DNA of 64,000 nt from Ignavibacteriota bacterium (GTDB lineage Bacteria > Bacteroidota > Ignavibacteria > UBA10030 > UBA6906), in contig CAWDEM010000004.1 of the NCBI GenBank assembly GCA_963801355.1, forward strand, positions 1,568,001-1,632,000. The letters are read 5' to 3'. The notes under the pieces were generated by a model. It worked only from the letters and a program-made list of their open reading frames with translations, made no database searches and had not been told where the DNA came from. Within the stretch, counting starts at the first letter, position 1; each line of letters opens with the position of its first letter. Below are positions 52,446 to 61,944 of this stretch, in pieces. Position numbers and translations under genes: made by a program.

Positions 52446-53686
52446 GACTTTTCCGATCGAATGGCATATTTCGCTTGGATAGCCGGTCGGTCTTCCGGCA
52501 CGCTGATTACCGGGAATATCATGACGTATGCCCTGTACATAAGGGTCAGGAGAGAGATGAAGCCGACGGTCACCGAAATTTCCCCTATCGACGGGAGGTA
52601 GGGATGCAGGGCGTAGGGGGGTTGATACGCGACAATGAAGTTGTTGATCCGGTTCAACGCCACGCCGAACACGACGAGTGCCGCCGCGGTGAACGTCAAC
52701 GCAGGTGACCTGAGAACGGAAGGAGAGAGGAACATGCGCAACGGGATGACGACGCCTACCACCACTTCGATCGTCCACATCACACTTGCCGTATTCAGAT
52801 CCGCGAGATAGACGAATGTCTCACGGATAAACATATCGCCGAGCTTGAACGCGAGGTACACGCCCAGGATCGGTGCGACCATGCCGCCGAGTTTGCCCAG
52901 AATTTCGGTTTCCGGCTTGAGCTTGAATGACCGTGCGGCCAGGGTGGACTCGAAGATGACCATCGGGAATCCCACCGCTATGGCGGAAAGAAGAAAAAGC
53001 AGCGGGAGGATCGGAGTGAACCAGAGCGGGTGCATTTTCGCGCCGGAGATGACCATCAGCGTGCCGAGTGAGGATTGGTGGAGCGTCGAGAGAACGACAC
53101 CAGCGATAATGAAGACGAACATGGTCGTGTTGAGTCCGCGGTCGAGCACGCGGAGCAACCGGTCCACGGAACGATTGAGCCCCCTGAGGATGCCCGGGAG
53201 GTTCACCTTGCCGATAAACCGTTCGGTCACGAGAGGGATGAATTCGATATAGAGCACCGTCATGTAGATCATCACGCAGATACCGACCTCGAACAGGGCC
53301 GAGTTGCCGTTCCACATGATGAGGGGGTGCCAGATAAAATACCAGCGCCCGATGTCCACACAGACACCGATGGCGACGAATGTGTAACCCAGCATGGCTG
53401 TCAGCAGCGCGGGGCGGATGATGGCGTGGTACTCTTCCCGGTGCATGACGTGGCCGAGGGCGGCGGTCGTGAAGCCGCCTGCCGCGAGGGCAACACCGGC
53501 GCCGACGTCGACGGCGATCCAGAGTCCCCAGGGATACTGATCATTCAAGTTGGTCACGGCGCCGAGGCCGAAAAAGAATCGGCCGGCCAGGAACGCGATG
53601 CCGTTGACCGCCAGGAGGATCAAGACGATGACTCCCGGTGTGAGGAACTTGGCTTTGATCGGGGTTGGTGTCATGTGCGCTTCCAT
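52442..53686 (-). CDS. NrfD/PsrC-family integral membrane subunit (HybB/HmcC-like)
   Basis: GLGAVTNLNDQYPWGLWI, GVALAAGGF, DIGRW, SALFEV, LSTLHQSSLG. Confidence 0.92.
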   Translation of the reverse strand: MEAHMTPTPIKAKFLTPGVIVLILLAVNGIAFLAGRFFFGLGAVTNLNDQYPWGLWIAVDVGAGVALAAGGFTTAALGHVMHREEYHAIIRPALLTAMLGYTFVAIGVCVDIGRWYFIWHPLIMWNGNSALFEVGICVMIYMTVLYIEFIPLVTERFIGKVNLPGILRGLNRSVDRLLRVLDRGLNTTMFVFIIAGVVLSTLHQSSLGTLMVISGAKMHPLWFTPILPLLFLLSAIAVGFPMVIFESTLAARSFKLKPETEILGKLGGMVAPILGVYLAFKLGDMFIRETFVYLADLNTASVMWTIEVVVGVVIPLRMFLSPSVLRSPALTFTAAALVVFGVALNRINNFIVAYQPPYALHPYLPSIGEISVTVGFISLLTLMYRAYVMIFPVISVPEDRPAIQAKYAIRSEKS

Positions 53687-53688
53687 GC

Positions 53689-54579
53689 CTAGGCCTCCTC
53701 TTTCCGGGTTTTCGTCATCCACATGATTGCCCCGAGTATTGCATAGAGTGCGACGGGCGGGACAAAATACGCAAAGATGCCATGCTGGATGGCTTCCGAC
53801 ACGCCGGGAGCCGGAGTGGTACCGAGTTTTGGGAACTTCAGATCTGCAAAGTCGCGTCCGGCGAGGTACACCCATCCTGTTCCGCCGGCTTCGTACTCGC
53901 CGTACACGTGATTGACGTACTTGTCTCCGTATGTGATTAACCGCTGCTTGGCGATCCGGATAATTTCATCGCGGGGCCCGAACGTCAGGGCCTCGACCGG
54001 GCACGCATCCACACATGCGGGGAGTTTGTTCTCACTTGTCCGGACAATGCAGAAGTCACACTTCCGGATTTCGGGCTGAATGGCTTTATCGTATTCAAAT
54101 GAAGGGATCTGGAACGGGCAGGCTACCATACAGTACCGGCAGCCGATGCACATGTCCGTGTCCCAGATCACCGATCCGTTTTCCTGTTTCGAAAACGCGC
54201 CCACGATGCATGCAGAAACGCAGGCGGGGTGATCGCAGTGCATGCACTGGACTTTGACGAAGTACGGAAGATCGGCCTTTCTGGGATTGTCGTACTGATT
54301 GACGACGGTAAGGGCTCCCGAATCCGGACGCCGCATCTCCTTGAAGACCGACCTGTCGCCGTACATCTCGAGGGGTGGCGACGGCAGGTCATGAGCGGTG
54401 CGACAGGCGTATTCGCAACTTCTGCAGCCGATACACACCGTCGTATCCACGAGGACGCCATTCCGTTCCGGAGACAGAACGTTCTTCGGGTTTGCCTTTG
54501 CAGTTGCATTGAGCCCGGCAACAGTTCCGCCGGCCAGGGCAGCAGTCTTCAAGAAGGCCCGTCGACTCGGTAATTTCAT
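53689..54579 (-). CDS. Tat-exported 4x[4Fe-4S] electron-transfer subunit (HybA/HmcB-like)
   Basis: SRRAFLK Tat motif; CIGCRSCEYAC, CMHCDHPACVSAC, CIGCRYCMVACP, KCDFC...PACVDACP; C-terminal TM. Confidence 0.92.
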   Translation of the reverse strand: MKLPSRRAFLKTAALAGGTVAGLNATAKANPKNVLSPERNGVLVDTTVCIGCRSCEYACRTAHDLPSPPLEMYGDRSVFKEMRRPDSGALTVVNQYDNPRKADLPYFVKVQCMHCDHPACVSACIVGAFSKQENGSVIWDTDMCIGCRYCMVACPFQIPSFEYDKAIQPEIRKCDFCIVRTSENKLPACVDACPVEALTFGPRDEIIRIAKQRLITYGDKYVNHVYGEYEAGGTGWVYLAGRDFADLKFPKLGTTPAPGVSEAIQHGIFAYFVPPVALYAILGAIMWMTKTRKEEA

Positions 54580-54622
54580 AGGTGGTCCTTGCAGGATTGA
54601 ACAGCACTGACGCGCTCAACTC

Positions 54623-54637
54623 TCAAAACTTGAGCCA
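54623..54637 (-). promoter_or_regulatory. sigma54-like -24/-12 element (TGGCTCAAGTTTTGA)
   Basis: GG-N10-GA spacing, 44 bp upstream of the Fe-S gene. Confidence 0.5.
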
Positions 54638-54708
54638 CAAACCAGTGAGCGAATGTGTTCAAATATCCAAGAAATCGGCGGAAAAACGGGCAAACCCGCA
54701 GCTCCCCT

Positions 54709-54754
54709 TTCCTAAAATGAGGAAAAAGTGAACAGCTATTCCCAGTTGTGGGAA
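54709..54754. promoter_or_regulatory. Two TTCC-N8-GGAA palindromes (putative enhancer/UAS)
   Basis: TTCCTAAAATGAGGAA (54709) and TTCCCAGTTGTGGGAA (54739), 30 bp apart, between divergent promoters. Confidence 0.5.
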
Positions 54755-54793
54755 AATTGGGCCATTTTCGCCTTCTCTTCTGCGGCATTCCCA

Positions 54794-54808
54794 TGGCACG
54801 ATTTGTGA
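54794..54808 (+). promoter_or_regulatory. sigma54-like -24/-12 element (TGGCACGATTTGTGA)
   Basis: TGGCACG followed by GG-N10-GA spacing, upstream of the NtrC-type gene. Confidence 0.45.
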
Positions 54809-54865
54809 CTTCGCAAAGCTGAGTGATTTCAGCCGTTTGCAGTCTCAGACGATTGGAATGAGTGA

Positions 54866-56230
54866 ATGAAAAAAGAAGAACTCGGCATTCTGGTCGTGGA
54901 CGACGAGTTCATTGTCCGCGAGTCGCTCACCAAGTGGTTCCGTGAAGATGGGTTCCGGGTCGATGCTGCTCCTGACGGGTTCACTGCGCTGAAGAAGCTC
55001 CAGACTGAACCGTGGAACCTGGTTCTCACTGATATCAGAATGCCCGGCATGGATGGACTGGAACTCCTGCATCGCGTCAAGCGGATAAGCCCCCAGAGCG
55101 TGGTCATCATTGTGACGGCGTTCGCCACGGTCGAAACCGCGGTGCGCGCATTGAAGGAAGGTGCGTACGACTACATCACGAAACCGATAGATCCGGATTA
55201 CCTCAACCATATTGTCATCAATGCGCTGGAGCAACAGCAGCTGGTGCTGGAGAACCAGCGACTGCGCAACGCCGTGAGCGAGCTGACGGCCGACTCCGCG
55301 ATCATCGGTGAGTGCGCCGAGATGCGCCGCGCGATCGAGCTCGTGGAAACGGTCGCTCCGGCGGAGACCACGGTGCTGATTACCGGGGAGAATGGAACGG
55401 GCAAGGAGTTCGTGGCGCGGGCCATTCACCAGGCGAGTGCGCGGCGCTTTTCTCCGCTGATAACCGTCAGCTGCGGTTCTCTCGGCGAGCTTCCTATGGT
55501 GGACGAACTGTTCGGCCACGAAGCAGGGGCCTATCCGGGCGCACAGCAAATGCAAAAAGGGAAGATCGAACTGGCCGATGGCGGTTCTGTATTCCTGGAC
55601 GACATCGGGAGGCTCGATCTGAAAGCCCAGGCAGAGCTCTTGCGCTCGCTGGAGATGAAGCACATTATCCGCCTCGGTGGTGTGGATCCGATCAATGTCA
55701 GCGTCAGACTGCTCTGCGCCAGCCAGGAAGATCTCGAGAAGGCGGTGCACGAGGGACGGTTCAGAGAAGATCTCTACTATCGCCTGACGGTCTTTGAGAT
55801 CATGCTCCCGCCGCTGCGGGCGAGGCGGGGTGATGTGGCAGCACTTGCTCACTTCTTTCTGGGCAAGTATGCGCGCGCTATGAACCGTAAGATGCAGGGG
55901 TTTTCACCGGAGGCAATGCTCGCTCTCAAGGCATATGCATGGCCCGGCAACGTGCGAGAACTCCAGAACGTCATCGAGCGTGCCCTGGTCGTGGCACGGG
56001 GTCCGATGATAGAACGGGAACACCTCATCCTGCACACAGATACCGCATCACCCACGACGGGAAAACGGCTCGAAGATATGGAACGAGCGCATATTGCAGT
56101 CATCCTGCGTGAAACCGGATGGAATATCAGCCGCAGCGCCTCAATCCTGGACATCGACCGTGTCACACTCTACCATAAGATCGAGAGATACGGATTGAAA
56201 CGGCAGGCGCAGCCGGCACCTCTCCGTTGA
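54866..56230 (+). CDS. NtrC/AtoC-family response regulator (receiver, AAA+, Fis HTH)
   Basis: VDDE, LTDIRMP; GENGTGKE; ELFGHEAGAYPGA; FLDDIG; RFREDLYYRL; WPGNVREL; HTH. Confidence 0.93.
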   Translation: MKKEELGILVVDDEFIVRESLTKWFREDGFRVDAAPDGFTALKKLQTEPWNLVLTDIRMPGMDGLELLHRVKRISPQSVVIIVTAFATVETAVRALKEGAYDYITKPIDPDYLNHIVINALEQQQLVLENQRLRNAVSELTADSAIIGECAEMRRAIELVETVAPAETTVLITGENGTGKEFVARAIHQASARRFSPLITVSCGSLGELPMVDELFGHEAGAYPGAQQMQKGKIELADGGSVFLDDIGRLDLKAQAELLRSLEMKHIIRLGGVDPINVSVRLLCASQEDLEKAVHEGRFREDLYYRLTVFEIMLPPLRARRGDVAALAHFFLGKYARAMNRKMQGFSPEAMLALKAYAWPGNVRELQNVIERALVVARGPMIEREHLILHTDTASPTTGKRLEDMERAHIAVILRETGWNISRSASILDIDRVTLYHKIERYGLKRQAQPAPLR

Positions 56231-56294
56231 TTTTCTGAGACGCATTGGGCATATTGCGTCACCTCAAACTGAACGCATACTTCTCGGGGAACGC

Positions 56295-57692
56295 ATGGCA
56301 CAGTCACAGTACGACATCGTTGTGCTCGGGGGGGGGCCCGGGGGCTACACCGCAGCAATACGCGCCGCCCGGCTCGGCCTCCATACTGCTATCATCGAAC
56401 GCGAACGCCTCGGTGGTGTGTGTCTCAACTGGGGCTGCATCCCTACCAAAGCCCTTCTTCGGAATGCGGAAGTGTACCGCCTGATCCGCTCAGCGGCGGA
56501 TTGGGGGATCTCCGCAGAGAATGTCCGCCTCGACTTCCCGCAGGTGATCAAGCGCAGCCGCGGGATCGCGGACCGCGTCTCCAAAGGCGTCGAGTACTTG
56601 ATGAAGAAGAACAAAATCGACTCCATCCGCGGATCGGGGCGCCTTCTTTCGGGCGAAACGGTTGAAGTGCGGGCGGAAGGGAAAGCGACGACGTCTGTCA
56701 AGGCAAGGCACATCATCGTCGCAACCGGCGCCCGACCCCGGTCCCTCCCGGGCGTTACTATCGACCGCAAGCGGATCATTACCAGTACGGAGGCCATGGC
56801 GCTTCCGGAGCAGCCTGCTTCCATGGTGATTATCGGAGCGGGGGCGATCGGCATCGAGTTCGCCTCGTTCTACAACGACATCGGGACAAAGGTCACCGTC
56901 GTGGAAATGATGCCGGCCATTCTGCCCATCGAGGACAAGGAACTGACCAAAGCGCTGGAAGCGAGTTTACGTAAGCAGGGGATTCAGTTCCTTACCGAGA
57001 CACGCGTGGAAAGCGCGACCACCGGGCCCGACAAAGTCACCGTGACGGTACAAAATGCTGCGGGAACGCAAGAGCTGACTGCAGATGTTGCACTGGTGGC
57101 CGTCGGCGTTCAGGGGAATGTGGAAAGCATCGGGCTCGAATCGCTCGGTGTGAAAGTGGAACGGGGGCATATCGTCGTGGACAAGAACTACCGGAGCTCC
57201 GTTCCCGGTGTGTTCGCCGTTGGTGATGTGATCGGCCCTCCCTGGCTGGCGCACGTTGCTTCCGCAGAAGGAGTGTTTTGCGTGGAGAGCATTGCCGGCC
57301 GCAACCCCGAGCCGCTGGACTACTCCACCATACCCGGTTGTACCTATTGCCGACCCCAGCTTGCAAGTGTGGGATTCACCGAAGAGATGGCGGTGGCTGA
57401 GGGGTATGAAGTCAAGGTGGGCCGATGCCCCTTCCGGCCCATGGGGAAGGCGGTTGCGATGGGCGAGACCGAAGGGATGGTCAAGCTTGTGTTTGACGCA
57501 AAGTACGGCGAGCTGCTCGGCGCACACATCCTCGGCTCCGAGGCGACAGAAATGATCGCTGAGCTCGTGCTCGCCAAGAAGCTGGAAGCAACGGGGCAGG
57601 ACATTTTCCGGACGATCCACGCTCACCCGACACTGAGTGAGGCAGTGATGGAGGCGGCGGCTGCAGCATACGGCGAGGCAATAAACATTTGA
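56295..57692 (+). CDS. lpdA: Dihydrolipoyl dehydrogenase (E3)
   Basis: GGGPGGY, GGVCLNWGCIPTK, IGAGAIG, HAHPTLSE. Confidence 0.96.
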   Translation: MAQSQYDIVVLGGGPGGYTAAIRAARLGLHTAIIERERLGGVCLNWGCIPTKALLRNAEVYRLIRSAADWGISAENVRLDFPQVIKRSRGIADRVSKGVEYLMKKNKIDSIRGSGRLLSGETVEVRAEGKATTSVKARHIIVATGARPRSLPGVTIDRKRIITSTEAMALPEQPASMVIIGAGAIGIEFASFYNDIGTKVTVVEMMPAILPIEDKELTKALEASLRKQGIQFLTETRVESATTGPDKVTVTVQNAAGTQELTADVALVAVGVQGNVESIGLESLGVKVERGHIVVDKNYRSSVPGVFAVGDVIGPPWLAHVASAEGVFCVESIAGRNPEPLDYSTIPGCTYCRPQLASVGFTEEMAVAEGYEVKVGRCPFRPMGKAVAMGETEGMVKLVFDAKYGELLGAHILGSEATEMIAELVLAKKLEATGQDIFRTIHAHPTLSEAVMEAAAAAYGEAINI

Positions 57693-58417
57693 CGGCACAG
57701 TCGGAAGCGCACGGCATCGAGGTGGTACGATTGGGTCGGTCGGCGTACCGTGCATGCCTGGCGCTCCAGCGTCATCTGCAGGAGCGCCGGATCGCCGGCA
57801 CCATCGGCGATGTCCTTCTGCTCACCGAGCATGATCCGGTGCTCACGCTGGGGACCACCGCAAATGCCGACCATCTCCTCTCTTCTCCGGAGGTGCTCTC
57901 CCGTGAAGGACTGGATGTTGTAGAAGTTGAACGGGGGGGCGATATCACCTTCCATGGACCGGGCCAGCTGGTCGGGTATCCCGTTTTCGATTTGACGCAG
58001 CACACACCGGATCTTCACCGATACCTCCGCCAGCTCGAAGATCTGGTAATCGGGACCCTTGCGGCATTCGGCGTCCGCGCGTCTCGTGTCGAGGGATACA
58101 CCGGCGTCTGGGTGGGAGGCGAGAAGATTTGTGCGATCGGCATACACGTGCGCCGCTGGGTCACGATGCACGGCTTCGCACTGAATATCAACACCGATCT
58201 GTCGTACTTCCGCCATATCATTCCCTGCGGGATTTTTGAACGGGGTGTAACGTCGCTGGCAGAAATTCTGGGACGGCGTGTCCCGTTGACCGAAGTGGAG
58301 GACGCGCTGCTGGGTGTGTGTGCGCGTGTATTTCTGAGAACCGTCCACGAGACTACATGTAAGGAACTTGGGATAGACAGTGACTCTCTCCAACGACAGG
58401 ATGCTGTGTGCCTATAA
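57689..58417 (+). CDS. lipB: Octanoyltransferase
   Basis: EHDPVLTLG, RGGDITFHGPGQLVGYP, KICAIG, HGFALN, IIPCG. Confidence 0.95.
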   Translation: MTAQSEAHGIEVVRLGRSAYRACLALQRHLQERRIAGTIGDVLLLTEHDPVLTLGTTANADHLLSSPEVLSREGLDVVEVERGGDITFHGPGQLVGYPVFDLTQHTPDLHRYLRQLEDLVIGTLAAFGVRASRVEGYTGVWVGGEKICAIGIHVRRWVTMHGFALNINTDLSYFRHIIPCGIFERGVTSLAEILGRRVPLTEVEDALLGVCARVFLRTVHETTCKELGIDSDSLQRQDAVCL

Positions 58418-60389
58418 GACGGTGCTCACCGCCCGTTTGATCGATACAAAGATCCTCGTCCTGCTGAAGCAGGGCAAAGCCTTCTTTCATATCGGCTGTT
58501 CCGGGCACGAAGTGGCACAGGTGGCCGCTGCCGCGGCAATGCGTCCCGGGCACGACTGGGCCTACCCGTATTACCGCGATCTTGCGTTTGCCCTCCAGTA
58601 CGGGTACACCATTGACGATGCGATACGCGAAGCCATGCACCGTCGCGGCGGTCCCGGCAGCAACGGCTTCAGCATGATGGGCCATTATGGCAAGAGGGAT
58701 CTTCGTATTGTTGCGCAATCGAGTCCGACAGGGACGCAATATCTGCAGGCGGTGGGAACCGCCATGGGAGCTGTTCTTGAAAAGAACGATGAAGTTGTCT
58801 ATGTCTCATCCGGGGAGGGAGCAACCAGCGAAGGGGAGTTTCACGAAGCGGTGAATTGGGCGGCGCGTGACAGGCTGCCGGTGGTTTTCCTTATCGAAAA
58901 CAACAGGTACGCGATCTCCGTACCGGTGACGGATCAGGTTGCAGGGGGGTCGGTGGCAAAGATGGTGCGGGGGTACGAAGGACTTGCCGCCCGCTGCGTG
59001 GATGGGTGCGATTACCCGGTCATGTTTCAGGCTGCGGAAGAGGCGGTCAACCGGGCCCGGAGGGGAGAAGGCCCGACACTCATTGAAGCCCAGGTGGTGC
59101 GGCTCCTTGCGCATTCGTCATCGGATGACCAGAGGAAATACCGCGATGCGGGGGATCTGGAAGAGGATCTGCGTCGGGACCCGCTGCCGCGTTTTGAGCG
59201 ATTGTTGTTGGAGAGTGGAGCCGTTACTTCAAACGACATCGCGCGGCTGAAGGCGGAATTGCAGAGCGAGATAGACCGCGTTGCGAAAGACGTGGAAACC
59301 CTCCCTGTTCCCGATCCGGCGGAGGTTGATCGTTTCGTGTACTCTCCGGGACGCATCGTGGCCTCTGACGGGTTCGTTGAGCCCGAGCATACAGGTCCGA
59401 AAATCGTCCTCGTGGATGCCGTAAACCACGCGCTTGCCGAAGAGCTGGAGCGCAACCCCGGAATGCTCGTGTACGGCGAAGACGTCGGCCGCGGAAAAGG
59501 CGGCGTCTTTACCGCCACAAAAGGCCTCACGGAGAAGTTCGGCGAGGAGCGGGTGTTCAACTCGCCGCTGGCTGAGGCGAGCATCGTCGGGACGGCGTTC
59601 GGACTCGCGGTGCGCGGCACGTTCAAGCCGGTTGTGGAGATCCAGTTCGGCGACTACATCTGGCCGGCCTTCATGCAGATCCGTGACGAGATCGCCATGT
59701 TGCGTTATCGCTCGTACAACACCTGGACATGTCCGATGGTGATCCGGGTGGCAGTGGGAGGATACATCCACGGCGGCCTCTATCATAGTCAGTCCATTGA
59801 CGGCTTCTTCACGCACATTCCCGGTATCCGTGTGGTGTTCCCATCGACGGCGGCCGACGCAAAGGGACTCCTGAAGACTGCCTGCCGGGAAGACGACCCG
59901 GTGCTCTTCCTGGAGCACAAAGGGTTGTACCGTCAGGGCTTTGCCTCTTCGCCGGAACCTTCCTCCGAGTATCTCCTGCCATTCGGCATTGCCAAGATCC
60001 GGAAACCGGGGGACGATATCACCGTCATCACCTGGGGCATGCTCGTGCAGCGTTCGCTTGATGCCGCGCGCGCGGTTGAGGAGCGGCTCGGCCTCAGTGT
60101 GGAGGTGATTGATCTCCGGACGTTGAATCCACTGGACAAGGACACGGTCTTGACTTCCGTGCGCAAGACCGGAAAAGTGCTGATCGTCCACGAAGATACG
60201 TTGACCGGTGGGTTCGGCGGCGAGATAGCGGCAATCATTGCGGAGGAAGCATTCGAACGGCTCGATGCGCCCGTGGTCCGGGTCGCCGCGAAGGATTCTC
60301 CCGTACCCTATGCGCCGCCACTGGAGTACGCCATGCTTCCCCAGGAAGCAGATGTCATGCGGGCGCTGGAAAAGCTCGCGCGGTACTGA
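58380..60389 (+). CDS. 2-oxoacid dehydrogenase E1, fused alpha/beta (branched-chain type likely)
   Basis: GHE, PYYRD, GEGATSEGEFHE...ENN TPP motif, HSSSDD; beta part GEDV, FNSPLAE, EIQFGDY, YHSQ. Confidence 0.9.
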   Translation: MTLSNDRMLCAYKTVLTARLIDTKILVLLKQGKAFFHIGCSGHEVAQVAAAAAMRPGHDWAYPYYRDLAFALQYGYTIDDAIREAMHRRGGPGSNGFSMMGHYGKRDLRIVAQSSPTGTQYLQAVGTAMGAVLEKNDEVVYVSSGEGATSEGEFHEAVNWAARDRLPVVFLIENNRYAISVPVTDQVAGGSVAKMVRGYEGLAARCVDGCDYPVMFQAAEEAVNRARRGEGPTLIEAQVVRLLAHSSSDDQRKYRDAGDLEEDLRRDPLPRFERLLLESGAVTSNDIARLKAELQSEIDRVAKDVETLPVPDPAEVDRFVYSPGRIVASDGFVEPEHTGPKIVLVDAVNHALAEELERNPGMLVYGEDVGRGKGGVFTATKGLTEKFGEERVFNSPLAEASIVGTAFGLAVRGTFKPVVEIQFGDYIWPAFMQIRDEIAMLRYRSYNTWTCPMVIRVAVGGYIHGGLYHSQSIDGFFTHIPGIRVVFPSTAADAKGLLKTACREDDPVLFLEHKGLYRQGFASSPEPSSEYLLPFGIAKIRKPGDDITVITWGMLVQRSLDAARAVEERLGLSVEVIDLRTLNPLDKDTVLTSVRKTGKVLIVHEDTLTGGFGGEIAAIIAEEAFERLDAPVVRVAAKDSPVPYAPPLEYAMLPQEADVMRALEKLARY

Positions 60390-60423
60390 GAGTACCTATT
60401 TCTCAACTTCATGGAGTCCGATG

Positions 60424-61911
60424 ATGGCACGGATCGAAGTGGTCATGCCACAGATGGGAGAGAGCATTACCGAGGGGACGATTGTCAAGTGGCACAAGAA
60501 GGTGGGCGATCAGGTGAAACTGGATGAGACGCTCCTGGAAATCAGCACAGACAAAGTTGATTCGGAGATTCCATCGCCGGGCGCCGGTGTGCTTGCGGAG
60601 ATCGTGGTCGGCGAGCAACAGACCGTGCCCGTTCGCACCGTGATCGCCTATCTCGAGAGCGAGGCCACCCAGGGTCAGCCGGTCCCGGTCGGGGCCCCAC
60701 CGGCTCCTGCGAAGACTCTTTCGGTCCCGGGGGAAACCGCGCAGCCGGTCGTCCCCGGAGAAACCGCACCGCCGGTTGTCCCGGGGGGAACCGCACCGCC
60801 GGTCGTCCCGGGGGGAACCGCACCGCCGGTCGTCCCGAAGATTGTGCATCCGGAAGGGAGATTCTATTCCCCGCTGGTGTTAAGTATTGCGCGGACCGAG
60901 GGGCTTCCGCTCGAGGAACTCGGACGCGTGCCCGGATCCGGGGAGGGAGGGCGCGTCTCCAAGAGAGATATTCTGGCGTATCTTGCACAGCGGCGGCAGA
61001 CTCCGGAAGTGAAATTGCAGGAACGCCCTGCGCCCGGGAGCGAGGCGGAGACACCGCAGGCGCCTCCGGTTGCGCCGCCTGATGCGTCCCCGGGTGCGCC
61101 GCCTGATGCGTCCCCGGGTGCGCCGCCTGATGCGTCCCCGGGTGCGACGCCTGATGCGTCCCCGGGTGCGTTGCCAGACGCGTCCCGGGGTGCGCCGCCG
61201 GATGGAACGCAGGCCTCCGATGTTGAGCGAATCCCGATGAGTGTCCTTGTTCAGAAGATGGCGCAGCACATGGTGAACAGTGTGCGGACCTCGCCTCACG
61301 TTGCCGCGGTGCATGAAGTGGATATGACCGCTGTTGTGCGCCACCGGGATATGCACGCGGCGGAGTTCGAGCGCCGCGAAGGGTTCAAGCTGACATTCAC
61401 ACCCTACATTGTCCATGCGGTGTCGCAGGCGCTGAAAAAGTATCCGTTGATGAACAGCTCAATCGATGGCACCACCATTATCCGGAAGAAGTCCATCAAT
61501 ATCGGTCTCGCGGTGGCGGCCGAGAACGGTCTGATTGTTCCCGTGATTAAGAATACCGGAGACCAGGACATCACCGGCATTGCCCGCTCCGTGCATGATC
61601 TTGTCGAACGGACACGAATCCGGAAGCTCAAGCCCGACGAGGTCCAGGGAGGCACATTTACGATCTCCAATTACGGAGTCTTCGGCACTCTCATTGGCAC
61701 GCCGATTATCAACCAGCCGCAGATTGCCATACTTGGAACCGGAATGATTCAGAAGCGGGTGGTCGCGATCGATGACGGGATCGCGATCAGGTCGATGGCG
61801 TACTTCACGATGTCGTTTGATCACCGGGTGGTGGATGGCAACCTGGGCGGTATGTTTCTGGATCAGGTGGTGAAGAACCTGCAGGGCATCGATCCTGCGA
61901 TGACGATCTAG
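60424..61911 (+). CDS. 2-oxoacid dehydrogenase E2 (dihydrolipoamide acyltransferase)
   Basis: MPQMGESITEG, lipoyl-Lys ISTDKVDSE, E3-binding SPLV...GSGEGGRV, catalytic DHRVVDG. Confidence 0.93.
   Translation: MARIEVVMPQMGESITEGTIVKWHKKVGDQVKLDETLLEISTDKVDSEIPSPGAGVLAEIVVGEQQTVPVRTVIAYLESEATQGQPVPVGAPPAPAKTLSVPGETAQPVVPGETAPPVVPGGTAPPVVPGGTAPPVVPKIVHPEGRFYSPLVLSIARTEGLPLEELGRVPGSGEGGRVSKRDILAYLAQRRQTPEVKLQERPAPGSEAETPQAPPVAPPDASPGAPPDASPGAPPDASPGATPDASPGALPDASRGAPPDGTQASDVERIPMSVLVQKMAQHMVNSVRTSPHVAAVHEVDMTAVVRHRDMHAAEFERREGFKLTFTPYIVHAVSQALKKYPLMNSSIDGTTIIRKKSINIGLAVAAENGLIVPVIKNTGDQDITGIARSVHDLVERTRIRKLKPDEVQGGTFTISNYGVFGTLIGTPIINQPQIAILGTGMIQKRVVAIDDGIAIRSMAYFTMSFDHRVVDGNLGGMFLDQVVKNLQGIDPAMTI
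60724..60837 (+). repeat. In-frame 27-bp tandem repeat x4 in E2 linker 1 (VPGETAPPV)
   Basis: Units at 60724, 60751, 60778 and 60805. Confidence 0.9.
61072..61203 (+). repeat. In-frame 24-bp tandem repeat x5.5 in E2 linker 2 (APPDASPG)
   Basis: Units from 61072 in 24-bp steps. Confidence 0.9.
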
Positions 61912-61944
61912 AGTATCAGCGGTGCAAATGAGGAGGTGTGGAGC

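Noticed and set aside
51150-52601. 483-aa plus-strand ORF and other long antisense ORFs (47282-48478, 50141-51295, 37132-38187, 59229-60191, 61459-62436, 63078-63992)
   Set aside because: Shadow frames opposite well-supported genes, expected in GC-rich coding DNA.
52442-54579. Calling the locus hydrogenase-2 (hybA/hybB)
   Set aside because: No NiFe small or large subunit or maturation genes in the window, so gene symbols were withheld.
58380-60389. E1 alpha/beta fusion as a novelty
   Set aside because: This fusion is common in Bacteroidota, Chlamydiae and related groups.
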